Assembly: GCA_024679065.1 (NCBI GenBank)
Contig: JAGIQG010000009.1
Coordinates: 100,006,001 to 100,070,000, forward strand
Origin: Sphyrna mokarran
Taxonomy: Eukaryota
DNA length: 64,000 nucleotides
Direction: 5' to 3'
This document shows positions 12,754 through 25,331 of the stretch, piece after piece (position 1 is the stretch's first letter; every line of letters starts with the position of its first letter). The notes beneath the pieces are model-generated. The model did no database searches and had not been told where the DNA came from. It saw nothing but the letters and a program-made list of their open reading frames with translations. The translations under genes were made by a program, and so were the position numbers.

Positions 12754-12958
12754 AGCGGGGGCGACTCATGCTGGGACCACGACGACTACCACCGGACTGC
12801 CAGCCAGGAGTGGTATTGTTGGAATGGTCTCCAGTATGTTTCGCATGACTGTGGTTTTCTTGGCGTTCTAGACCACAGTGAGTCAAACCTGACCGAGGTC
12901 CCGCAGGGTATTCAGGCCTTCAAGCTGGCAGGTGAATGGTCCTGAAGTGAACTTGACT
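12754..12958 (+). ncRNA. Degenerate HDV-like fold (unit 3)
   Basis: P1 gcggg 12755-59 with cccgc 12900-04. Two J1/2 hairpins. P2 agtcaa 12881-86 pairs perfectly with ttgact 12953-58. P3 acc/ggt. P4 ttcagg/cctgaa. J4/2 is gtgaac, with T at the catalytic C position. Confidence 0.6.
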
Positions 12959-13729
12959 GGTCGAGAACTGCCAACACGCTTCTATACCAGTAAACCCGGT
13001 AATTGTGAAAGAAAAAAAAAATGTTTTGACATGTTTCCCGGTGATAGTTGGTGATCTGCTGGTGGATGCGCTCACGCCTATCAAGGTAGTAGAAACACCT
13101 CCGTGACCTCCTGCCCACACGACCGGCCTTGAGGAAAAGGCGCATAGACCTGTACCTGGTGTGACGCAATGAAGGGATGCGGTGCCCCGTCTCGTTCCTG
13201 ATGGTTGCTGCCAGATGTTGACGACAAATTACCACGCCCCGAGGGGTTGGGCGTGGTCGACAGCGATGGGCGCAGCTCTCGGTGTTGCGCGAGCGAGTTT
13301 CATGCCATGGTCGCGTTTCGGCAGTGTAGTTTGTTCGTTGCGCGGTTGTGTCTCCTAATAAATGAAAATTCATTTTGTATCAAATGATGATTTATGGGTA
13401 AACGGCTTGAGGCTGACGAGCAAAAACTAACCTGCACGTCAGGTGCTCCCGAAGGTATGATTCAATCTGCTTGTCTGCAATTATGATAGCTGTTGCCGCA
13501 TCGTTGAGGTTCACTTTCCCGTTTCCACCAACGTCCTACGTCTGTGATAACATCTGCTGGATGTCACTCCGATTCCATTCAGAAGTGCACGACGCATGTC
13601 GACGAGCGACAATAAAACTGGGATAAGACGCTGTCACGAATGTCTCTTAAAATATGTATTTCACTGACGCAACTTACATATATGCAGCAGAGTAATTTTC
13701 AATTACCGAGATCACGTCACACATTGTGC

Positions 13730-14690
13730 CTCAGAGTTCAGTGCTGAGACCACTGTAATTTGCCCTTTATATTCATGATTTGGATGAGATTGTAGGGGCA
13801 TGGTTTGTAAGTTTGAAGATGACACCATGGTTTGGTGCATATTGAGGAAGGTTACTTCCAATTGCAGCGGGATCCTGATCAATTGGACCAGTGGGCTGAC
13901 AAATGGCAGTTGGAATTTAATTTAGACAAATGTAAGATGATGCATTGCGGTAAATTGAAACAGAGCAGGATTTATTCAGTTAATGGTAAAGCTTTGGGGA
14001 AAGTTACGCAACAAAGAGATGTCGAGGGTACATGTTCATAGCTCGTTGAAAATGGAATCACAGTTGGACCCAGTGGTGAAGAAGACATTCGGCATGTCGG
14101 TTGGGAAGTTTTGTTGAAGTTGCACAAGGCACTGGTAAGGCTACACCTAGAATACCGTGTGCAATTCTGATTAAGTAGCGTAGAAAGGATATTATTGAAC
14201 TAGAACAAGTGCCGAAAAAAAAGATTGAATTGGTTGCTATCGGGATTTTAAGCATTGAGCTGTAAAGAGAGGCTGAATTGACCTGGATTTCTTTCTCTGG
14301 AGCATAGGCGGCTGAGGTGGTGATCTTATAGAAGCCTATAAAGTAATGAAGGGCCCAGAAAAGTTAGAAAATCAATAGTTTTTTTTTCCCCTAAAGGTGA
14401 GGAAGTCAAAAACTAGTGGGCATAGGTTAAAGGTGAGAAGACAGAGGTACAAAAGTGTCCCGAGGGTCACTTAGCATGGTGAATCTCTGGAACAAGCTGC
14501 CTGAAGTAGTGGTAGAGGCGGGTGCATTTTATTAAAAAAGACAGTTGCATGAGTACGATCGTATAGAAGGATATGGGCCAAATGAGGGCAACTGGGATTA
14601 GCTTAGAGGTTTATTAAATGGGCGGCAAGTTGAGCCAAAAGGTCTATTTCCATGCGCTCAACCTCTATGACTCTTAGTCCCTATGGTTCT
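13730..14690 (+). mobile_element. Older CR1 LINE 3' fragment
   Basis: KFEDDT, LQRDPDQLDQWADKWQLEFNLDKCKMMH, a decayed LRGDL segment and a 3' UTR. Confidence 0.9.
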
Positions 14691-14939
14691 GTATGTACTC
14701 CCCCCGCCCCAAACAATATATCATTTCTATTTAAAGTTTCCACCAATTAAATAGTACATACCATTCTGCGTATAATTTTGCATTCTCTAATAAATAACCG
14801 CTCAAGTAAGCAAGGTTGTAAAAAAAGACACATGGAATGTTTTCCTTCAATGGAAAAGGTATATAATATAATAATAAAGTACAACTTTGGAATTGAATAA
14901 AACACGGTTGAGTCCGTAACTGTATTATGGCGTCAGTTC

Positions 14940-15445
14940 TAATCAGCATGTTATTGGAAGGACGTAACCACGCTGCAGAGAGTGCAAAGGCAGTCTAAAG
15001 AATGCTAACAGGGATGGAAAAGCGTCTCTATTGGGGAATTTAGAAAAGTTACTGTAATTTTCCAGCAACAACGAAGAAGGAGGATTCATTTCTTAGAGGT
15101 GTGCAATTTTTTGAGATGAAGAGATCGATTGTAGGGAGATCTATGCCTCTTGCTGAATAACAATTGGACTAGCGGACATAGACTGAAGATAAATGGCAGT
15201 AGTTGTATAGAGAAAATGAGGAAAACACATTTGTGTACGCAAAAGAGCGATGAGCGTGAGCAATTCGCTGCCGAGTTGGTGGTGGCGACAAAGTACCTTT
15301 TTTTGATAATGTAACCGGGTATGCAACATAAACGTTGTTAGAGGCAGATGCAGGAATGTGGGATTGGAAGGCACCTCGTTGTCCTACCGGTAGCATGCAC
15401 AAGAAGGGCCTAACGGTCTCAGTTCGTGTTGTAACTGTCTACCAG
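14940..15445 (+). mobile_element. Highly decayed CR1 3' fragment
   Basis: Recognisable gagagtgcaaagg and actagcggacatagactgaagataa segments plus a 3' UTR. Confidence 0.7.
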
Positions 15446-15459
15446 TCAATGGATTGACT

Positions 15460-16090
15460 TGCATATCCAAATAACGAACTTACACCCACACACCTACGAA
15501 CCCCACCATACAAATTCCTGACTCCACAATTAGCAATCTTACAACCTCACAAACCAACTAAAATTGTCAGCTCGCAACCATATCCAGCTATCCGGCTTAC
15601 TATCTCACTGACACACTTTCCAACGTCACCTAACAAGCGTACACAGCAAAGACTAACAGATTTCAATAGCTTCATAGCCCAACGCTTACACACGGAAATA
15701 AATAAAGCAGCATATCCTTTGGCCTGTGCTACCATCTCATCGAAAGAGTGACACGAAGTAAATGTCCAACAATTTCCATTTCACATACAACCTCATATTT
15801 CAACTACCATCAAACTATATCACAGCATCCTGCACATTGACTGGGACCATTAACCTAGACGTCTAATTATTCACCCGCCATCCCGACTCTCGACGCCACT
15901 ACCTACTCATCTAGTGACCTCGACATTTAAACTGTCAACCAAAAGCGCCCACCTTAGTCAAATACGCAATTACTTGCCTAACCATTTCAATCAAATATGT
16001 GCCAGAACAAGTCACTGGCTCAACTATCATTCCCATTCATCCATGTTATTGAAGTTTCGTCCGCCGCTCATTGATTCATCAGTCAATACA
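15460..16090. repeat. G-poor, C/A-rich tract
   Basis: Same composition and polarity as the other tracts. Confidence 0.55.
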
Positions 16091-16149
16091 CCACAAAAAT
16101 GCATGCAACGCATTAAACGTATTAGAAGAGAACAGCTGCCGCCTGAAAT

Positions 16150-16750
16150 ATTGGAGTTTCATGCTCGTGCGTGCCTCACCCGCATCTGTTCGCGTGGTTA
16201 GATAAAGACTGCGCTGCTCGCTTACATTTCAGGCATAATCTGAAAACACCGAAGGAAATATCAACAGCATTGAGATGGCAAAATTTTCATAGTCAGCGAG
16301 AATTCGTGCAACATTTCCGATGTTCAAGATTTGTTGGCTATTGTCTTTGGCGCAGCAGACGTATTGTTTCTACACAAATGCTATTTCTGCGAATTTGATG
16401 TGAGATGTTCTGGTAGAATGATCCACTATGAATATAGTGAAACGACATTTCAGTGTAGAAAAGCGATTAAGAGGTACGAGTTACGAAACTTGTTGATTGG
16501 CGCAAGTCGCCACATTGGAAAAAAATGCAGTTCGTTCCACCCACCTGATTTTTTCATCGCCTTTTGCGTTTCTTCAAATTCTGGAGATAAAACAAAATGT
16601 TCTGGTAAATTACGAGCGACTGGATGTATTTTGTCTCTCTTTTCAATGCTGTTTAACAAATTAGGCATTATTTTTTCTTGTCTATCAGGGAAGTTAGTCA
16701 TGTTCGGGTACGGGGCATGTAAAATTTTGAAACACTAACGACGAAGGAAA
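16150..16750 (-). mobile_element. Ancient Gypsy integrase-core remnant
   Basis: WNELHFFPMWRLAPINKFRNSYLLI followed by IFIVDHSTRTSHI resembles PWxxLHxD.GxLP...YLLVIVDxFTK. Confidence 0.55.
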
Positions 16751-17849
16751 TACAATTCATCACATCGCTTTAAACCACTTAAATATAATGGACCAGGAAA
16801 TACTTTTTGGCTTCTTTGGAAAACCTTGCCACCTTACTATGTTACATCCATTTGTCAGTGGAGAAACTAAAACGTCGCAAAGAATACGCATTAATTAACA
16901 CACTCAAGACAGGGCAGTATAAAATTCTGAACCTTTACGGAAATACATTCATTAAATAAATAATTAAGTTAATAATCAAGTTAATCAAATGATATATGTA
17001 TGGAGCATAGTTTTTTTAAAAAATATATATTTCACATATGTTGACATAGTGCTGAACAGGTATTTGGGGTGTCACACTGAATGTTGTAGGGAGAAGATTG
17101 CTTTCAGTCTATAATTAAAACCATATTTGTAATTAAAAGATAAACTATTGCATGAATACAATAATAATAATAATAAATTAATGTCTCAGCCGCAAATAAA
17201 TAGATCTTCATTGTTGACAGGGAACTATCAGTCCGATAAGAAGAGAACACAAGATAGTAGTGCTTTCCAACAATAATGTGCTTGATTTTTAGTTTTTCAG
17301 AAGTTGCAAATTTATTGGCCTACATGTTACAATCTGCAAAAAAATATGCATCACTGATACTGCCCAGCTATCCGTGTAATACTTTCAGCACTGTACCAAA
17401 AATTGTGTTTGGCCAAGTGTCTGATATGTTGCTCAGTTATTATTAAACGAATGCATGGAGTAGCTGAACTATTGATTTTCCTCTAAAAGATCTAGGTTCT
17501 ATTCTAATCCAAGATTTGAAACTGTTTTCTACTTTGGCAAACAAACATTTATGCTCTTGCGATCGTGTCTCTGTTCTGCGTCGGAAATCGTATGTCGGAT
17601 CCACATTCCAGACTTTCAGTCTACGATATACTTGCTCTTGAAGATGTAGCGCATGATTCTTTTGTTTTTATTATCTATGGGGAATCGTCATTCGAAGCTC
17701 CAGTTTAAGATTTTCTTGTCTTTTCTAACACGCTCCTTTAAAAAAAAGCTTCCGTCTAGTGTTCATGACATCATGCAATGTCACACAGTTCATTTTGATT
17801 CCATTGGGGACTTTCATGCATTGTTAGCAGGTAGCCATATGGATACACA

Positions 17850-20800
17850 AGGAAGGTCAATATTCTGTGGTCTGTTTACAATGCACAACGCCATTCGGAT
17901 CTTGGTGTCCATGCTTGCAATGAACCAAGTCCAAACAACGTACATAGCGTTGCCAATGTTAATGACATCATAAACTCTCCATGAAACTTGTGTTTTGATT
18001 CAAGGAAATTCTGTCGAATATTTTACAGCAAATATGAAAACCTTTTTTATTATTATTCTAGAGGATGTTCTTGAAGATATATCTCTATTACAGATCAGTC
18101 CGCAAAGATTGATTGATTCATATTTTTCGTTTTGTAACTTACTTCGATTCCATATTCTCTTACTCCGCTTTCACTTTTCAACTGGAGATGGCGACATCTG
18201 CACCCCGTTATTAATGTTTGCAGGCTGAGGCCCGAGCTATGGGAGTTATCAACAGGTTCACCGTTATATTGCCAATTAATAATTGACAGAATGGGACTTC
18301 AGACGAGGAAGATTTATTAGCTGAGGTGTGGAAATAGGCACCCAGAATGGATGAAGATTTGTGACGGAAGCTTATACCAATAAGTATCCTTCGCAAAGAC
18401 AATGCTAATTGAACCCATTGGTAATCACAAAGGTTGATGGTTTTCCTCGTCTTATCTAATGACATACATTCTGTTTTCCTGCGGAGGTAAGTTTGTATTG
18501 AGCAGCTTTATGTCCAAATATTTATTCCGAGATGTCTGTGATCCTTCCGGGTGTTCCAGTTTCTTCCTGCAATTCAAAGATGGGCGGGCTAGGTGATTTT
18601 GCCGTTCTAAATCGTTCTTTAATATGAACGAGACTAGTGCAGATAAATGCATTGAATTTGGGGGATATTGCATGGTTCGGATTATGGTTCGTGCAGACTT
18701 GATAGGCCGAATGACTTAATTCATCTCTGTCAGATTCTGTGATTCGTTAGACATACAACGTGTACTCTGAATGCCGAACGGTCTAATTAGCTTGAAGAAG
18801 TAATAGGAGACATCGACAGTATTCGCATCATCTTTCTTGAAGTGAGAACAGTTCAGTTAGATTTCTTATTGTTAATGAAAGAACACTAATCGCTTTGATT
18901 TATGGTTGATGTATTCATTCAAGATTTTATTTTGACAAGTGAAAAAGACACGCAACTTCTTTTTAAGAAGGAGATGCATTCATTTTCGTAGTATTTACAG
19001 AGGGGCTGTTATTTCTTGTCAGTTGCAGTCTGTGTTTGCTATGTAGTGCAACCCTACCTCTCATACGTAGCACTATGAGATAAGATCTTGCAGATCCAAC
19101 AACAATTCTGCTATCCAATGTTTGCTGATTCCTGTCGATTATCCATCAACAACTGGATCTTTGACCTTTGCATGCTGGACAAACACTTTGCAATCTCCTA
19201 CAGTGTGGTTTCGATAACTATCTTTATCATGATAAGCAGCCATTCCAGTAAAACTCTTCAATGTGCTCTTTTCCAACGCCTGGAATATACTTAACACATG
19301 GCAAAATTTAGAAAGATTTCCACTAATTTGAACGAATACAACTTCAATTTTCATTGCGAAAGAATTGAAATGGCGACAGAAATGTCCTTCAAAAATCGTA
19401 TTTCAGATGATGAATACATATTCACGTATATTGTGAGATATCTATTTACAAATCTGAACTTGGAGCACATGTTTCCTCAATGAAAAATGAAGAAACCCAG
19501 TTCAACTCATGTTCAACAACGACCTATCGCAAATGTCTTAACTAATGACAATGATGTCTGTTATGGCCAGGACAGAGCTGTTGCTGAGAAACCTTCCATC
19601 TTCTGGTTGATGATGGCATTTTTCTTATTCTGCATTTTTGTCAGCTTGATGAAGGGTTACAATCACATTAATTCAAAACTTTTGAACTCTGTTTGAACGA
19701 GAGAAATACGTACCATTATGGCTTGACATATTAAAAGGTCCAACAGTAATTGAAAGACAGCGGACCAATATTCTTTTAGGTAAGAGTATAATAAATCTCA
19801 CCAGCTACCTAACTAGGATTGCTTAATAGTAAGATGTCAATGTTAACCGGTAATACCGTACATTCGAAACAGTGAAGCGGAAGAGTGGTCCTCCATGTCC
19901 TGGAATGTGTCGTAAATGGTGTTAGACAGACACAAATCTGTCCTAAAGAGGAACACAATTAAACACATTCGCACAATTGCAGACATAAAGCAAATCGGTG
20001 CACCTGGCTACGCTTAGCAACCTCCAAGTAAACTGTCCTGCGGATAATCAATCTTTTCCATGTCATATGGTCCGCAACATCAGACAAACACGCCCCATCA
20101 AATTCCCACTGCTCCCCTTAATGAAGTGGACAGAATATTGCCTGTCTCCCTGTCAACACTGCTAACATTGTGCTTCAGAATTAGACAGCCAAGAAGAGAA
20201 TTTAGCTCTGATCAAATAAAAATTGAACGCACACAAGGATTTATACATATTGGCACACTGTGGAATACCATGTGCACAGAAAAGGGAAATTCTAAAATAT
20301 TTTTGACTGACAAATTGATGGAAGGTTTAGTGGCTCTGATATCAAGTGGAAATTAGTAAATATTAGATTGCTCATATATCGTCACGTTGTGTTCAACTTG
20401 GTTCTTTATGCCATTACAATCTTCTCAAAAACTCGGAAGAAACAGCTGATTTGGAGAGAAACTGCACAGTCAATCAACGGTTGACAGACTGTTGCAGCAG
20501 GTAGCTGTTAAACGTCAGTGGGAGTCAGAGGGAAAATTTGTTTAGCCCATTCTATCACAGCGGAAGAATCCTGACTTCCTTGAAAGCAAAACATGACATT
20601 CTTGGATTCACACTCACGACTTTTAAAGGACAACTCTTTCAACTCAATTGTCTTCAGTTTCTCCTCAATTAATGTCCCAACCTCGCCTACACTCATTTTT
20701 TTTTGATCAGAGATAAAATATGTCTGACAATTGAAAAGGGTTCTTTTTAGAATTCATGTCTTCTCTAATTTAAATTTTCGGTGTACATGCGCAACAAGAA
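17850..20800 (-). mobile_element. Ancient Gypsy pol remnant (RT C-terminus to integrase GPY/F region)
   Basis: In order on the minus strand: LSFKSREC...AVIEWAKQ (20510-20690), PGVGK..IEEFYWNG..DCKV (19180-19290), LERQN...NKYL (18510-18615), LGAY...PFCQLLIG (18270-18350) and KFHGEF..VINIGNAMY (17935-17995). Confidence 0.5.
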
Positions 20801-21584
20801 AACCAAGAAACACTTATTTCCAACAACAGAGGGATTAGTGATGCTCACATCCCAGTATTCAAATTGATTACTTGTCTGCTTTTCCTCAGCTCCATTGTGG
20901 CCTGCCGTTATATAATTGGTTATACATTTTGCTGCAATAGGTCAAGCACGGTAAATGTGCTGCAGAGAATAGTAATCTCATACAATTCGGTATGTTGAGC
21001 TCATTCTTAATGTGTGCAGCATAAATCATTCACTTACTTTAACGAGTTAACCGAGAATATCATTGAAGATCGTTGCCGTATATTTTTGCAATACATCCTG
21101 CACGTTCAGATGTTCATCCATTGCTTTATACATTCGTTTGCTCAACGCTGCGATGCATTGTTACACTGACATCATGTTCAGCAAGTTAACAAATAAGCTG
21201 CAGTTTCAGTAGCGTAAATGCCTGTGCCCTATATTCCCTCTGTAGCGAGCCTTTTTGCACCATAGCAGCAGATGGAATCATGGACGATAGTTAGTTACGA
21301 CGTTAGTTGATTTAAAGTTTAGATTATACTTTTATTGGCATAGGCTAAGGACTTTTTGCATCATGAGATTCAGGTTAGTCTATTATATGAACTTTCGATA
21401 AGCGGCGGTGTGAAATGCAATTCTGAATGGGGGAAACAATAAGTTAATTATCGAAAGAAAATAGAAAAAGGGTAGAATCACTGTGTGGGTAGGACGGAAT
21501 AAACCAAAAAAAGTTTCCAGAAAGAAATTCTGCTTATAATGAATGGTGTGCAGTTTTTTCTTGAAATGTCGCAGCCTCTAATGA

Positions 21585-21690
21585 TGGATAACGTCGTCAA
21601 GTGGTCGGTGTGGTCAAAAATGATGTGGTCGTTTGAGGATGTCGTCAAAAGATGATATGGGCAAGAGATGATGTGGTCAGGAGATAATTC
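21585..21690. repeat. Degenerate ~17-bp minisatellite
   Basis: gatgatgtggtcaa/gaga-like unit repeated about 5-6 times. Confidence 0.7.
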
Positions 21691-22199
21691 GTTTATTTAA
21701 ACGTGTACTTCGTATTTATTTTTGACAAATTAAATTTAGCCTGATGTACTTTTGCCTGTGACAAAGATGTGCATGACCAGGACTTTATAAATACTAAGCG
21801 TTTTATAACATTGTCAGACCGCTATCCAGGCGAAATTAAAGTAGCTGTCTCCCTGTATATATTTATATAATCTCTGAATAAATCGTCACTGTTCAAGAAC
21901 TCTGCTTCTGTGTACTGTGTCTTCTTCTGGAAGCAGTCTCTGATCTGTAGTTGAAAAAAAAACATATGCCCACGCGAAAGCCAAGTCAGAGATTAGGACT
22001 TACACATAATAGACCAAGACGAAAGGACTTTGCAGCAAGTGGAATTATTCTTAAACAGCAACTTACCTTTTACTGTCCTTTTGAGACTATGGATTTCTGA
22101 AAAAAAATACTGCTTTTGTCAGCTATGTACTTTCAGATCAAACATAATATCAGATAGAATACTTTTATTTTTTTTTAGTCATGCAATTTGTATCTATGC

Positions 22200-23950
22200 A
22201 TCTATACGAATAACCTAGTTATACCAGGCAGCTTCGGAGGAATTTTGGTAAGAAAGTCGATCTGGTCTTCAATGTCAGCGTTGTTGATTGGCCAATTTCG
22301 CAAAGGCACAAAAAATTCACAAACTTAATTTTAAATACAAATAATAGAATTGTTGCCCTTAACAAAACAGCGTTACATTTTTTTCGGAATCAATTGATTT
22401 CTGATCCTGGAGTATCAAAGCAAATAATATGCTTCAAAATTTCAGCATCCCGGAACCAAAATATGAACTTGATATCTTCAGATAGTTTTTGATCTGCTTT
22501 TTTTTTCATTTCCAACTGTATTGTTTTTATGTTCTGGCATAAATGATTGTTGCACAATAGAATTGTGCTGCTGCAAGTTAGAACAACAATGAGGCACTCA
22601 GTTGTGACTCTTCATTATGTATCTGTATGTTTACAATAGTTTCAAGCCTCGTACTGAAAGGATTTAGAAATGAATCTGTCCAGCGATAGAATTTCATTGA
22701 TCCGAATATTGTGTATACGCCCAAATACATGTTTCAACTATTTGGAGCTTTAATGAGGTGGAATACAACAACGCAGATAATCGTGAGTGCTTCAAGAATC
22801 GGGGAGGATCATATTTGAATATACTCAAAGCTGAAATCAATTTCATTTCCCAGGAAATCACGATATATTACAATTTGACGAGAAAATTGAGTTGTTTGCG
22901 GAGCAAATTTGCGGTCACAATATTTAACAAAGAAGTCGTCACGGAAAATGTGGTTCTCTTCAAGCTTACCATCGTATTCTCAGGTTATTAATACAAAATT
23001 AACCCTGTTTCTTAATAAACATTTGAGCAACTGAGCTTTCTTTTATAAATAGTCTCACTAATACACAGTAAAATGTTACTTCTGAAAATTCCACATTAAT
23101 TGAAGTTTTTCAAGGACAGCATTTGAACTCGTGTTTGCATGTGTAGCATTGTTGTGTATGATTGCTGTGATTCACAGTAGCTAGTTATGTTAGAATCATT
23201 AAAAAAAACACGCAACAGTAAATAACTCAATTACAATAACTGAAGGATGAAAACGTCCAATACGCCTAATTAATTCTCAAAACAACAAGTCTATCATTCT
23301 AGAACCATCAATTTCGAATTGATAGTAACATGTCGCAATTATGTGCCGATATCACTGAACTCTTCTAAACATCGACAATGCACTTCATTTGTGAAAAAAA
23401 ATAACGTAAATGTTGAACGCGTCGATCATATGCTCGAATGCAATATACATTTGAGCTCATAAAATATTGATGTTTGGCTGCATTCCCTATTTCCAGGGAT
23501 ATTTTCGACTGGATTTGACAAGGAATGTAATGCCTGTTTTCGTCAAATAGGAAACTTGAGTGTTTGAATCGTAAAAAAAATCTTTCCGTTGGTTCCGATT
23601 TGTTCTATATACCTGAGAAGTACTGACACTTTTAAAAGGTGATACAATTATTGTACCGCCCACCCTTTTACCTTCGTCTTTTTCCGCCACTTCTTTTTCT
23701 GAAAGAAAAGTATGCTTATGTTATGCAAGATTTAATGCAATTAGTAACGTTGAGTTCATTGTCGTTTTTTGATTATACTTGTATGACAATAATTGTTCTA
23801 TATACGCCTGTAACAATCGCGTACGTCTTAATTATACTTGTATTACGATAGTTTCTGAATTAAATAGATGGTATGTCAGAAAATCACGTCAGGAGAAAAT
23901 AACCAAGTAGCCATTGGATTGACAGAGACCCGAGTGATTAGTGTCACTGA
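22200..23950 (-). mobile_element. Ancient Gypsy RT/RNase H remnant
   Basis: VAEKDEGKR (VxKKDG-like), TKTGITF (KTAF-like), GNAAKHQYFM (GLxNAPxxFQ-like) and RNWP...IDFLTKIPP near 22230-22300. Nucleotide similarity to 54600-54900. Confidence 0.45.
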
Positions 23951-24339
23951 CGAAAAGCGACCTGCTCACTCTACTTAGTTATACACATATTTGAAATTAA
24001 GGGCACCTTTATTCTTAAGTGACAGGCCGTTGAGTTAGCCACTGACACCTAATATTCTGCATTTTTTGAAGGTCATCTGAGAGACATAACACATGATTAT
24101 TCGATCTGTATCGATTTTTCATGCGATCTGGCAGGAAAAGTCTAATTAACGGCAAACTATAATTTCGCTGTCAATTGACAAATTCCGCCACAGCTAGGTA
24201 CTCCACTGCATAGACTAGAAAATAATTAGCTCCCTATAGTAAAACTGCCACGTACCATTCATGTCGCTAACTCACTAGACTCGCTGAAGGTTATTATCAA
24301 AAAAGCAGACTACTATGTAAAGTTAACGTGCACAGGACA

Positions 24340-24659
24340 GCAGACAATGCCCTCAAATGGATAGAATAACGGTTCGCAGATTCTATGCAAGGAGTTGGAA
24401 ACAACTATGTTTTTTAACCTATTGGCAGACGGTGTTTACTGGAGTACAACAGTGTATAACGACGCCAACTGCCATCTTTGTATATTAGTAATGTGAGCTG
24501 GGGAAATTAAAGTAAAAGCTCTAATTTTGCAGATGCCGCAACACTTGGTTGAAGGATAAGCTGAGAAGGAGGATGAAGAGATGCACCACAATGAATTAGA
24601 CAGACTGGGTGAACAGAATACTTACAGGCGCATTATAATGCGGTCGAATCTGAGGTTAT
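24340..24659 (+). mobile_element. Old CR1 LINE, left part (split by the ERV)
   Basis: ttttgcagatg (FADD-like) and gaattagacagactgggtgaa...tgaggttat. The element resumes at 32393. Confidence 0.8.
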
Positions 24660-25310
24660 TGTAAGAGAATATTTGTAGTAGCAGCAGTGAAATGTAAACT
24701 ACAGTCTCATCAACATGCGATGGGCAGGATGTTCAAATATAATGAGCCCAGTATGTTAATTAATGTAATTGAATGTTTGGTGGCTAATGTGATAGAATCA
24801 GGAATGGTAAGCATTTATTAAACATTGAGTGTAAGCAACTGTAGGCAGTTAAACCTTGAGAAACAATGGTCACACTATGGCCCAGAAAACAGGGATGGAG
24901 TACATATATTCTCTTTGTCACTTAGTTTAAAGTCTAGATAAGCCACCATTGTGTATAAACAACGTTAATGGGGTGAGGACAAAGGTCGGAACTGTCGTAT
25001 AAACAAACTGGTTTCACAGAGTAGTAAATGCATTGATTAGTGACCACTCCACGACAAAGTAAATTATTAGAAGAGCCAGCACTAATGGTGGTTAAAGATA
25101 AGCCAGCCTTGAGGATGAGATAAGAATCTCAGGGTATGTATCTGCAAACTGTATAAGACAAGCTGTAAGTGAGCATTTCACTGGAGTGTTCCGGACATCC
25201 CGGCTTTATTCTCGTGTGCTGGAGAATAAAGTCTTACTACCTGGAAAATCAAGGCTCAGACTCTCATTTAATAAGCTAAAAGTGCATTGTCGTCCTGGGG
25301 AACCACGACA
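24660..25310 (+). repeat. ERV 5' LTR (651 bp)
   Basis: TG...CA ends, TATAA near 25153 and AATAAA near 25225. About 13 substitutions versus the 3' LTR by manual count. Confidence 0.97.
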
Positions 25311-25313
25311 AAA

Positions 25314-25331
25314 TTGGCGTTGCGAGCAGGG
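25314..25331 (+). promoter_or_regulatory. Primer-binding site, tRNA-Ser-like
   Basis: TGGCGTTGCGAGCAGGGT lies 3 nt after the LTR. It matches the complement of the vertebrate tRNA-Ser(TGA) 3' end (TGGCGCAGCGAGCAGGGT, recalled from memory) at 16/18. Confidence 0.8.

Larger units (their letters stand above)
12340..13350 (+). mobile_element. 5' portion of an R2-type non-LTR retrotransposon outside rDNA
   Basis: Begins with 28S target sequence, then an HDV-like ribozyme and a structured CpG-rich 5' UTR. Decayed zinc-finger-like coding follows (ARC*RQITTPRG/LGV near 13205-13257). No RT or 3' end was seen. Confidence 0.75.

Noticed and set aside
12640-13373. Protein-coding ORFs 12640-12945(+) and 12912-13373(-)
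   Set aside because: No recognisable domains. They are by-products of GC-rich structured RNA sequence.
13410-13460. Hammerhead ribozyme (CTGACGA motif)
   Set aside because: No GAAA directly after stem II and no stems I or III.
21585-21690. CRISPR-like array
   Set aside because: Degenerate head-to-tail minisatellite without unique spacers, in vertebrate DNA.
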